Shown here in pieces: positions 20,701 through 32,700 of a DNA stretch of 64,000 nt. The position numbers were made by a program, and so were the translations under genes. Under the pieces are notes generated by a model. It did no database searches, had not been told where the DNA came from, and saw nothing but the letters and a program-made list of their open reading frames with translations. The stretch covers positions 157,225 to 221,224 of the forward strand of contig NIVC01001925.1 in NCBI GenBank assembly GCA_002269645.1, given 5' to 3'. The DNA comes from Macrostomum lignano (Eukaryota). Numbering within the stretch: the stretch's first letter is position 1; each line of letters begins with the position of its first letter.

Positions 20701-23700
20701 GAACGACTACCAGCTGAAAGTGCCCGTGTCCAACAAGAAGCCCTTCGGTCGGGGACAGGTGCGTTTGCAAGCGATTGGCGTGTTTAGGACAGACCTGGAC
20801 TGGTCCTTATTTCACCTTTTCTGGCAATGCTTTCATCCTGGCTGGAAGACCAAAAACTGTTATCGATGAGACAAAATGAATCAAATATGAACCGTCAAGC
20901 TTAAAAATCGTGGGTGATTGAATTAAAACATTGACTGAAAGCATTTGGCTCAGTAAAATGTGACCCTGCTTAATGAAACTGTTTAAAAAGATCAATTTCC
21001 TCGAGTCAACTCTAATTTATTTCATCCCCAAAATCGCCTCACACCGCCAGGTGGACGAGTTCATGTGCAAGGGCCGTCAGCTGGGCCCCCTCAGCAAAGT
21101 TCGAATCTGGCACAACAACCTTGGCTTCGCGGCCTCCTGGTACCTCGACAAACTCATCATTGACGACTTGGCCTTGTCCAAGGTGTACGAGGTGCCCTGC
21201 TATCAGTGGTTCTCCCAGTCGGAAGGCGACCACAAGCTCTGTCGCGATCTTCCCGTCCGAAGCGGCGTTAGCGGCCTCGGGCCCTACAAAGAGGGCTCGG
21301 ATGTGTCTTATGACATCCGTGTGAAGACGAGCGACCGGAAAAACGCCGGCACGTCTGCTCGCGTCTATATCGTTCTGCACCGCGACAGTAAGAAGGCCAA
21401 GAAGCCGAAACGAAGCGACAAGATCTGGCTGAAGTCTGGCAAGTTCGACCGCGGCAGCATCGACCGATTCGCCATCACGCTGCAGGACATGCTGTCGCCA
21501 GTAACCAAGCTGGACATCGGGCAAGACAACAGCGGCGTGGGGCCCGGCTGGCACCTGGAATCGGTTTGTGCATTTTACGAGATCTTAGAAACTGATGCTA
21601 CCGTTTGAAATTTGCACAGCTTATCCCTATTGAAAAAGAGTGAAACGTTAGCTCTTAAAGTCAGTGTAAAGTCCAGACCAATGTGCTTCCCACTTAAGTC
21701 CTCTTTGGTCTTCTTTGGTAGAAGGTTGGGGAAAGTACATGTCAATTACACTCATGTGGCGGTAAAATGACCCGGCTGTGGATATTTACTAAACATTCTT
21801 GGTGGCTAAACGCAACATTTATGTACTCTGCTTCTTAGGATTTACTTCCCTTCCAGGGGTCGGCAAACTCCGGCCCGCGGACCACATGCGGCCCGAAAAG
21901 CCTCTCTAACCGGCTCTCGGGTCCTTTGAAACTTCACAATATCTATAACAATCCGGCCCGCTCAAGGCTAGTGTCTATTCTCAGCTCTGCTGTCTCTAAT
22001 CTCCTTCTCATCGCTTTTCTCTACTCTCTCCTCTCCCTTCTCTCCTCTCCTCTCCTCTCCTCTCCTCTCCTCTCCTCTCCTCTCCTCTCCTCTCCTCTCC
22101 TCTCCTCTCCTCTCCTCTCCTCTCCTCTCCTCTCCTCTCCTCTCCTCTCCTCTCCTCTCCTCTCCTCTCCTCTCCTCTCCTCTTGTCTTCTCATTTATTC
22201 TCTCGCCTCTCCTTTCTCCATTTCTCTTCTCTATTCCCTCTCCACTCTCCCCTCCTCTGGCCCGCGGTCATGCGCAAGGATCTCTGTCTGACCCTTGAGG
22301 TAAAAAATGTTTACAGACCCCTGTTTTACTTTAATAGACACTACGAGAATGTGCAACAAAAAGGAAGACATTTTGCTTTCAATGCTACTGTTCGTGAGTA
22401 GAGTTGCTGTTTGCATTTCCATTATTTCTTTCCCAGGTGGTGATCTACTGCCCAATGACGGGCATAGAGCAGACATTTGTCTGCAAGGAGTGGCTCAACA
22501 CGGAGAACGGCTGCGAGAGAACCCTGATTGAAGACAAATCGCTTAGGAAGCAGAGAGATCAGCGTAAGCAGATAATCGATTTTGTAATTATTTAAAAATT
22601 CATTCATCTGACATGAGTACGAAATCGAAACAATTATTATCTGACGTATTCGCTTTAAAATTTCATTGCAGAAGGTAAGGCGAAAATGAAAACACCAGCT
22701 TTATTTAGATGTTTCCCCATAAACCTGTAAAAATATTGTGGACAACCGTTTGGCATCATCATTTCGCCAATTAAGATTCACCTTTTTGTTGTCTATCCCA
22801 TTCTCGTTTTTAACTTTTATTTCCAGAATTATTTTCTGTTCATGTTGTCTCTGAATTGCCAAATGTCTTTCTTATTAATTTTAGCTGAGAAATATTTTAG
22901 TCTTCATCCTGTAGAGTTACATTCGAGCGTATTGCCTAGAGTGATCTCCAGAACTCTATCAATAAAATGTTCTGAATGAGTTTCTAGAGTTGGGTAGCAG
23001 TTTCCCTCTTTGAGGGGTGTCCCAAAAGTTCCCGGAATGTCTAACGTAGCTCTTCAACGGAGCCATGATGTTTCACGCCCTTGGTGTCAAATGAAAGGAA
23101 GTTTTGTCACGAAGAAAATGAAGTTAAAAGCATGTTGATATCTGTTTTTATTCAGGAGCTGCAGCAAGAAACGTGCGCGGGGGTCGGGGGTACTGTTACA
23201 CAACCTCAAAAATCTATGGCAATGATTTTAAACAATAAAACACAGAACATTTCATACCGTTGATGAATCCTTGGGACATGCACCGATTCAAAATTCAAAG
23301 CGAATCGTCAAGCTCAGCCTGCGGCTTCTCCACGTAGTCCCCATTCAGCTGAATACACCTCTGCCACTTTGAAAGCATGCCGTCGATGGCCTGGGCAAAA
23401 ACAGTTCGAGGCATTTCATGATGCAGGATGACGCGACGAGTGAAGCCTTCAAGTTCACTGCGGTTCTGGAACACCCGGCCACGAATTTTCTGGACCGTCT
23501 CTAAAGCGTTCGATCCATTCGTAAATGGCAGTTTTTTTCAGGCTGTTCTCACCGTGGATGGAGAATAAGTGGTCAGAAATCTTGGCTCCACTCCATCCTA
23601 CTGACCAAAGCCTCGCAAAGGACAAAAACTTGACTTCGCTGACTTTCAAGGCTCTGAAGAGAACCCAATTTGGCAAAGAGATTTCAAGTTGAAAGCAAGC

Positions 23701-26700
23701 GCTTGGTAAGAATTATCTGCACTCGCGCAAAAGCTCAGATTAGCTTAATGAGCATTTCTGCTTTTTTCCATAGACACTACCACGTCTTTCTGAGACGTTA
23801 GTAGCACGAATTCAAAATGAAAATATCCAAAAACGAAGATGAAAAAATTATTTTCAGTGATATGTGAGGTTGTGTAACAGTACCCCTGACCTTTGCGCAC
23901 GTTTCTTGCTGCAGCTCCTGAATAAAAACAGATATCAACATGCTTTTAACTTCATTTTCTTCGTGACAAAACTTCCTTTCATTTGACACCAAGGGCGTGA
24001 AACATCATGGCTCCGTTGAGGAGCTGCGTTAGACATTCCGGGAACTTTACATTAAATAATGTAAAGACAGTCAGCAGAAGGGACAAAGCCCTCTAGGTTT
24101 CTATTTTTAGATTTAGTATATTTGGATTAGCAATCTAGTGCCCCCCTTCGGGGTCGGGTCGCCCAATAAGCAAGGGACAAACCGATATTCATGTGAATCC
24201 TATTTGTCTTGACATCTCAGCAATTCCCCCCGTAAGCTGTCCCCCAGTAAGTTATACCGATTAGTGGTATTGAGTATTTCTCTCATGGCTGCAATCCCAT
24301 TGAAAATCACCTCTGCCGCGCAGAGGAGGAGTGGGCGGTGGAGGTGCACACTGGCAACAAGCAGAGCGCCGGCACCGACGCCCGAGTCTTCCTGGCGCTC
24401 TATGGCGACAAAGGCAAATCAGACGAGATCTTCCTCGACTCTGTCCGGGGCAGCTTCGAGCGCGGCAAGGTGGACAGCTTCAAGATTCACACGCCGCTGG
24501 TGGGGACGCCGTTCAAAGTGCGGATCGGACACGACAACTCCGGGGCCGCGGCTGGCTGGTTCCTGGAGCGCCTGCTGATGAGGCGCACAGCTGACGGCAG
24601 CGACGATGCGGGCTTCGAGTTCCAGTGCGGACGGTGGCTGGCCGAGAGCGAGGACGACAAGTGCATCGTGCGGGAGCTGCCGGCAGAGGGAAAAGGCATC
24701 AGGAGCGTCCTGTCAGGTGAGAGGGGGCCGTAGTTAAGTAGACAATCATAAGTCTTCTTATTCGACACATTGCATATGTATTGTCAAGGTGGCCTTCATA
24801 AACAAGTTTTTCTAGTCGTTCTTCATATTCTCACAGATTTCTGGATTTATCAGCCTTCATTAATCCAATCTTCAAAAAATCGGCCTTCAAAAACCAGTCT
24901 TCATAAACCGTTCTTTAAAATCGGCCTTCTTAAATCGGCTTTCATAAATCGGCCTTCTTAAATCGGCTTTCATAAATCGGCCTTCATAAATCGGCCTTCA
25001 TAAATCGGTCTTCATAAATCGGGCTTCAAAAATCAGTCTTCATAAACCGTCCTTTAAAGAATCGGCCTTCATACACCGGCCTTCATAAATCGGCCTTGAT
25101 AAATCGGCCTTGATAAATCGGCCTTCAAAAAATTGGCTTTAAAAAATCGGCCTTCGAAGAACGGCCTTTAAAACTCGATTCATAAGAAGCCCCACAATCC
25201 ACCTCACGCTCTCATCCCACAGTGCACAAGTACCATGTGCTGGTGAAGACAGGCAAGGTTCGCTACGCAGGCACGGACGCGAACGTCTACTGCAATCTGT
25301 TTGGCAGCAAATCCGACACTGGCAACCGGGCATTGAAATACTCAAGTTCTCACAAGAATCCGTTTGAGAAGGGCAATGTGAGTGAAGCTTTTTTTTATTA
25401 TTATAATATTGATTACAGCGCCGACTCCTTAGCTACAGTTGGCGCCGACTCCTTAACTACAGTTGGCGCCGATTCCTTAGCTACAGTTGGCGCCGACTCC
25501 TTAACTACAGTTGGCGCCGATTCCAGTAGCTACAGTTGGCACCGATTCCAGTAGCTACAGTTGGCACCGATTCCAGTAGCTACAGTTGGCACCGATTCCA
25601 GTAGCTACAGTTGGCGCCGATTCCTTAGCTACAGTTGGCGCCCATTTCATTAGCTACAGTTGGCGCCGATTCTTTAGCTACAGTTGGCGCCGATTCCATT
25701 AGCTACAGCTGGCGCCGATTCCAGTAGCTACAGTTGGCGCCGATTCTTTAGCTACAGTTGGCGCCGATTCCTTAAGCTACAATTGGCGCCGATTCCAGTA
25801 GCTACAGTTGGCGCCGATTCCAGTAGCTACAGTTGGCACCGACTCCATTAGCTACAGTTGGCGCCGACTCCATTAGCTACAGTTGGCGCCCATTTCATTA
25901 GCTACAGTTGGCGCCCATTCCATTAGCTACAGTTGGCGCCCATTTCATTAGCTACAGTTGGCGCCGATTCCAAAACTGCAGTTGGCGCCGATTCCAAAAC
26001 TGCAGTTGGCGCCGATTCCAAAACTGCAGTTGGCGCCGATTCCATTAGCGGCGTCACTCTACGCCCAATCATCTTAGCTAGCCAGGGTTTCCAGTACATT
26101 TCTTTGAGACAATCATATCAGTTGACATCTGCGGCCTCAAAGCAAGCTACATTGCAGCCTTTGATTGGCTATTTTTTACCCTTAAATTGTAGCAACTCAA
26201 ACTAACCGGTTCCTGGGAAGCAGCAGAGAACGAGATTATCGCTATTATATGTCATGCAACCGGTTTTGATAGCAAGATATGGGAAGTCTGGTTTGGTTCA
26301 AGCAAGCCGCGACATTTACCAGCTTAGTAGCGAATTCGACATTGAATCTGAGTCAAGAGAACTTTTATAGAGAGAACCTGAGAATCGCCCATTCCCCACC
26401 TGAGAATCGCCCATTCCCCACCTGAGAATCGCCCATTCCCCACCTGAGAATAGCCCTCCCTGACACCTGAGAATAGCCCTTCCTGACACCTAAGAATCGC
26501 CCTTACCTGACACCTGACAATCGCCCTTCCCTGACACCTGAGAATCGCCCCTCCTGACACCTGACAATCGCCCTTCCTGACACCTGAGAATCGCCCTCCC
26601 TGACACCTGAGAATCGCCCTTACCTGACACCTGACAATCGCCCTTCCCTGACACCTGAGAATCGCCCCTCCTGACACCTGACAATCGCCCTTCCTGACAC

Positions 26701-29700
26701 CTGAGAATCGCCCTCCCTGACACCTGAGAATCGCCCTTACCTGACACCTGACAATCGCCCTTACCTGACACCTGAGAATCGCCCTCCCTGACACCTGAGA
26801 ATCGCCCTTACCTGACACCTGACAATCGCCCTTACCTGACACCTGACAATCGCCCTTCCCTGACACCTGAGAATCGCCCCTCCTGACACCTGACAATCGC
26901 CCTTACCTGACAGCTGACAATCGCCCTTCCCTGACACCTGAGAATCGCCCTCCCTGACACCTGACAATCGCGCTCCCTGACACCTGAGAATCGCCCTCCC
27001 TGACACCTGAGAATCGCCCTCCCTGACACCTGAGAATCGCCCTCCCTGACACCTAACAATCGCCCTCCCTGACACCTGAGAATCGCCCTCCCTGACACCT
27101 GACAATCGCGCTCCCTGACACTTGAGAGTCGCTCTTTCACCGTCTTCCGTCACCTGAGATCCCATTGAAGAACGGAAGCTCTGCTCCCCGGTCCCGCAGG
27201 AGGACGAGTTCGTGCTCGAAGCGGTCGGACTCGGCAAGCGAATCGACAAAGTTCGTATCGGACACGACGGGAAGAACGCCGGCAGCGGTTGGTACCTGGA
27301 CAAGGTGACCGTCTGGCGGGAGGACCAGCCTGATAATAAATTCGAGTTCATCTGCGATAGGTCAGTTTAATCTGCTTGGTTTTATACAAATGTATATTCT
27401 TTACATTCATTTCAAACTAATCACTACACAATCACGTTGGATAATCCCAATCAATAACCTGTGCTGAGTTTTACTCAGTTTAATAAACCGCATTATTTTG
27501 CTACCTTTTCTACAGGTGGCTGGATTCCAAGGAAGATGACGGCTGCATTGAACGGGACCTCACAGCTTCTGGAACCCTGCTGGACAGTGAGTTGCCGAAG
27601 ACAAAAACTGCTTTCAAACTGATATCAAGAATCAGATCGCAATGCTAGAAACTGAGCACAACTCCAGAATCTCTGAGCACAACAATAGAATCTCTGAGCA
27701 CAAATCTACAATCTCTGAGCACAACAATAGAGTTTCTGAGCACAACCCGAGAATCTCTGAGCACAACCCCAGAATCTCTGAGCGCAACAATAGAATCTCT
27801 GAGCACAACAATAGAATCTCTGAGCACAACAATAGAATATCTGAGCACAACCCCAGAATCTCTGAGCACAACCCCAGAATCTCTGAGAGCAACAATAGAA
27901 CCTCTGAGCACAAATCTACAATCTCTGAGCACAACCCGAGAATCTCTGAGCACAACCCCAGAATCTCTGAGCGCAACAATAGAATCTCTGAGCACAACAA
28001 TAGAATCTCTGAGCGCAACAATAGAATCTCTGAGCACAACCCCAGAATCTCTGAGCACAACCCCAGAATCTCTGAGCACAACCCCAGAATCTCTGAGCGC
28101 AACAATAGAATCTCTGAGCACAACCCGAGAATCTCTGAGCACAACAATAGAATCTCTGAGCACAACCCCAGAATCTCTGAGCGCAACAATATAATCTCTG
28201 AGCACAACCCGAGAATCTCTGAGCACAACAATAGAATCTCTGAGCACAACCCTAGAATCTCTGAGCACAACCCGAGAATCTCTGAGCACAACAATAGAAT
28301 CTCTGAGCACAACCCCAGAATCTCTGAGCACAACCCTAGAATCTCTGAGCACAACCCTAGATTCTCTGAGCACAACCTTATAGAATCTCTGTGCTTATTC
28401 CAAAGAATTCCTAATCACAATTCCTAGAAACTATGATAGAAATCTACAGTCAGCTCTAACTCTCACATTCACTCCACAGAGCTCACCTACAACGTGTCGG
28501 TGAAAACAGGCGACGTGTCAGGCGCCGGCACCGACGCGAACGTCTTTCTCAACATCTTCGGCGACAAAGGCGAAACTGGCGAACGCCAGCTGAAAGCCTC
28601 CGAGGCAGCTTTCAATAAATTCGAGCGGAACCGCACCGACCTGTTTCGGATTGAGAGTCCCGATATTGGAAAGGTGGGCGGCTGTTTTGGCTGGCGTTGA
28701 ACACTTTGTTGGAAGCTCAATTGTCTTATAGTCTACATGTATTTGTACGCCTGAAACACTACTAGCTTGTACAAAGCCACACCGCCACTCAACTTCAAAG
28801 TGACGTCACCACTCAGCACCAAAGCCACACCACATCTCAGCACCAAAGCCACACCACCACTCAACAACAATGCCACACCACCACTCAGCAACAATGCCAC
28901 ACCACCACTCAGCACCAAAGCCACGTCACCAATCAGCACCAAAGCCACGTCACCACTCAGCACCAAAGCCACGTCACCACTCAGCACTAAAGCCACGTCA
29001 CCACTCAGCACCAAAGCCACGTCACCACTCAGCACCAAAGCCACGTCACCACTCAGCACTAAAGCCACACCACCACTCAGCACTAAAGCCACGTCACCAC
29101 TCAGCATCAAAGCCACACCACCACTCAGCATCAAAGCCACACCACCACTCAGCATCAAAGCCACACCACCACTCAGCACCAAAATGACGCCACCACTCAG
29201 CATCCAAGCTACACCTCCACTAAGCGCCGAAGATGCACCTTTAGCAGAGTCAACTATTGCAATATTTGGCGGACGATAACAAAAACACGAGGGCTCAAAA
29301 GCCAGAATCAGTCGATATATATATTTTAATATTAGGCATGCACAAAGTATGTGCGTACATTACAATCGATAAATCAAAAGACAACTTGAGCGTGCCCCCA
29401 ACCCCCCCCAGCGCAGGCCAACCCCAAAACCGCAAATGCAAACTCTCAATATCAAGTCATCACATCCCTTCGCACTTAAGTATGAAAGTAAGATTAACAA
29501 AAATTAACACTATTAGTAATAATTAAAAAAAATATTGAAGCGAGCAACACAACTAAGGTACTAAAATCGAGTTCATCAAGAACAGTTACTTCAGCTGTAA
29601 GTCAGTCGCTCAGGTGCAGCGCACTTCCTCATCGAACGGCGAAGCTGCGGTATGGCGTCAGGCTCTGCCGCAGCCTCAGTAGCAACGCCGTCAGCAAAAA

Positions 29701-32700
29701 CTTCGGATGCGCCCTTCGGCACCGCATCGCACTGCGGCACCGCTGCCGCTGGTACCGCTGGCTCGGTCGGAAGCTGACTGACCGCGGCCGGCTTGCGCAC
29801 CTGGTCCACGTGCCTGTGTGCGTCTCTGCCGTCATCGAACCGGCACGTGAAGTCGGCCGCACCAGAACTGTCCGTGACTGTCGCCGGTCTCCAGCGTCCG
29901 TCTCTCGCGAAGTCTCGCGCCAGCACCGAGTCGCCGACATTAATGCGGCGGTCGTGCGCGTGGGCATCGTGCTGCTCCTTCTGCAGTGCCTGCTGGACGG
30001 CCACCCGGGCGGGCAGGTCAGGGCGGACTCGGTCGAGCAACGATTTCAGCCTCCGCCCCATCAGCAGCTCGCAGGGAGCCGTCCCGGTAGTCGCATGCGG
30101 CGTGACTCGGTACGTCAGGAGGAACCGGGAGACTCGCTCCTCCAGAGAGCCGCTTCGCTGCTTGGCCAGCGCACGCTTCAGAGTCTGAACTGCTCGCTCT
30201 GCTTGGCCGTTGGACGCCGGGTGGTACGGAGCCGTGCGCACGTGCCGGATGCCGTTCTTGCTCAGGAATGTCTCCATCTCCGCGCTGACCAGGTTCGGAC
30301 CGTTGTCGGAGACGATCACGTCCGGCAGACCGTGAGTTGCAAAGCTCGACCGCAGCTTCTCGATAGTCGCAGTCGACGACGTCGAAGACATCACATGCAC
30401 GTCCATCCACTTGGAGTGAGCGTCCACGACAACCAGCAACATCCGGCCCTGGACTGGCCCGGCGTAGTCAATGTGCAGGCGCGACCACGGCTTGTCCGGC
30501 CACGCCCACGGCTGCAGTGGAAACGGACCTGGCGACTTCTGCATCTCCTGGCACTCGGTGCACGCGGCGACCAGCCGCTCGATCGCCTCGTCCAGCTTAG
30601 GCCACCAGAAAACGCTTCGAGCCAGCGCCTTCATTCTCGTGGCGCCCTGGTGCCCCTGGTGCAGGCAGTGCAGCAGCGCCTCTCGACCGGCCTCGGGAAC
30701 TACGACTCGGCAGCCCCAGAGCAGACAGCCATCTTGGGTGCTCAGCTGGTCGGCTCGCGTGCAGTACGGCTGCAGCTCAGGCGGCGGCCGCTCTGGCCAG
30801 CAGCCGGTCTCAGTGAAACGCAGAACTCGGGACAAGTCCGGGTCTGTCCGAGTCCACGTCCGGATGTGCCGAGCCGTCACCGGTCCCTCGTCCAGGAAGT
30901 CCATGAGTAGGACGACTTCAGCTGGAGTTGGCGCTTCCTTCGGCTTCTCCGGCAGCGGCAGCCGACTCAGCGCATCGGCTCGAAGCAGCGACTTGCCCGC
31001 TCGGTGGACCATGGAGTACTGGTAGCCGGCCAGGAGCAGCGCCCACCGCTGGATTCTGCCAGAAGCCAGTGCTGGTATCGGCTTGGACTGGTGCAGCAGA
31101 CCGAGCAGCGGCTTGTGGTCGCTCACCAGCTTGAAGTCTCGCCCGAACAGGTACATGTGAAATTTCTTAACTCCGTAAATGACCGCGAGCGCCTCCTTCT
31201 CGAGCTGGGAGTATCGGGTCTCTGCTTCATGTAGCGTGCGAGAGGCGAAGGCGATCGGCCTATCGACTCCGTCGATTCGGTGGCTGATGACGGCGCCGAT
31301 GCCATAAGGCGAGGCGTCGCACTCGAGCACCAGCGGCTTCTGACGGTCGAAATGCGCAAGCACCGGTGCCTGGCTGAGTAGCGACTTGCACCTGCGAAAC
31401 GCCTCGTCCTGCACAGCGTCCCATCGCCAGGGGGCGCCCTTGTTCAGCAGCTGGTTCAGCGGCGCCAGTTCGGTTGACAGATTGGGCATGAACTTGCCGT
31501 AATAATTTACCAGCCCGAGGAAGCTGCGCAGCTGCGTCTGGTCGCGGGGCGGTGGCGCGTCCTGGATCGCCCGCACCTTGTCCTGGAGAGGGTGCAGCCC
31601 TTCGGCGTCGATTCGATGCCCGAGGTAGCTGATGCTCTGCTGCATAAAGCTGCACTTACTCAGGCCGCACCGGAGGCCGCTCTGCTGCAGTCGCCGAAGG
31701 ACCTGCTCCAGCGTCTTCAGGTGGCTGTCATCATCCACGCCGGTAACCAGCAGGTCGTCAACAAAGCAGGTGACGTGGGGAATGCCCTGCAGGAGGCAGT
31801 CCATCTGGCGCTGGAAAATGCCGACAGCGGGAGCAACTCCGAACGGCAGTCTCGTGTACCGCAGCAGCCCCTTGCTGGTGTTGATGGTGCAGAGTTCTTG
31901 CGAGGCTTCGTCCAGAGGCAGTTGCGAGTACGCTTGCGACAAGTCAAGCTTAGTGAATTTCTTTCCGCCGGCCAGTTTCGCGAAGAGCTCCTCGATTCTC
32001 GGCACCGGGTACGTGTCGGGCTCGACGTCGAGGTTCACCGTTTGTTTAAAATCAGCGCATATGCGGACCGAGCCATCTGTCTTTAAAACGGGTACGATCG
32101 GAGACGCGTAGTCCGAGCTGCTCACCGGCTTCAGCACTCCCTGTTCGATCTCTTTTTCGAGTTGCGCCTCGACCTTCTCCTTCAGCGCAAGCGGGACGTT
32201 CCTGGCTTTGAAAAACCTCGGCCGCGCTGAGGCTTTCAGCTGCAGCCGAACCGCGGGCCCGAGTACCGACCAAGGCCCGGCTCGAAGACTTCGGCGTACT
32301 TGTCCAGCAGGCTCTTGAGTCCTGGTTGCCCTGACGGATGCTGTTGCACCTGCTTGATGTCTCGCCAGTCCAGCGGAAGTTCGGCCAGCCAGTCGCGGCC
32401 AACCAGATTCGAGCCGGCACCATCGATCACGAGCAGCGGCAGCACCTTGCTGGCGATCTCGGTCTGCGCGCGAACTCGAAGTTGGCCGAGAACGGGCACC
32501 AGCTCTCCGGAGTACGTCCGCAGCTGCGTGTTGACTCGCTCGAGTCTGGGACGCCCTCGTAGTACTTCGTTGTAGGTCTTCGCAGAGATGAGTGACACAG
32601 ACGCCCCAGTATCGACCTCCATGCAGACTGGCGTGCCGTCGATGTCGATGGTGGTCTTAATTGGCGGAATCTTGCCGCCTACGGCGGCGGCCATCACGTG

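Noticed and set aside
27632-28427. Long ORFs on both strands (SEHNPRI / LCSEILG repeats)
   Set aside because: A 21-bp repeat without stops; lies between two in-frame LOXHD1 exons.
28767-29279. Mucin-like TKATSPLS ORF
   Set aside because: 24-bp intronic repeat; no splice sites connecting it in frame, and it runs into the LTR.
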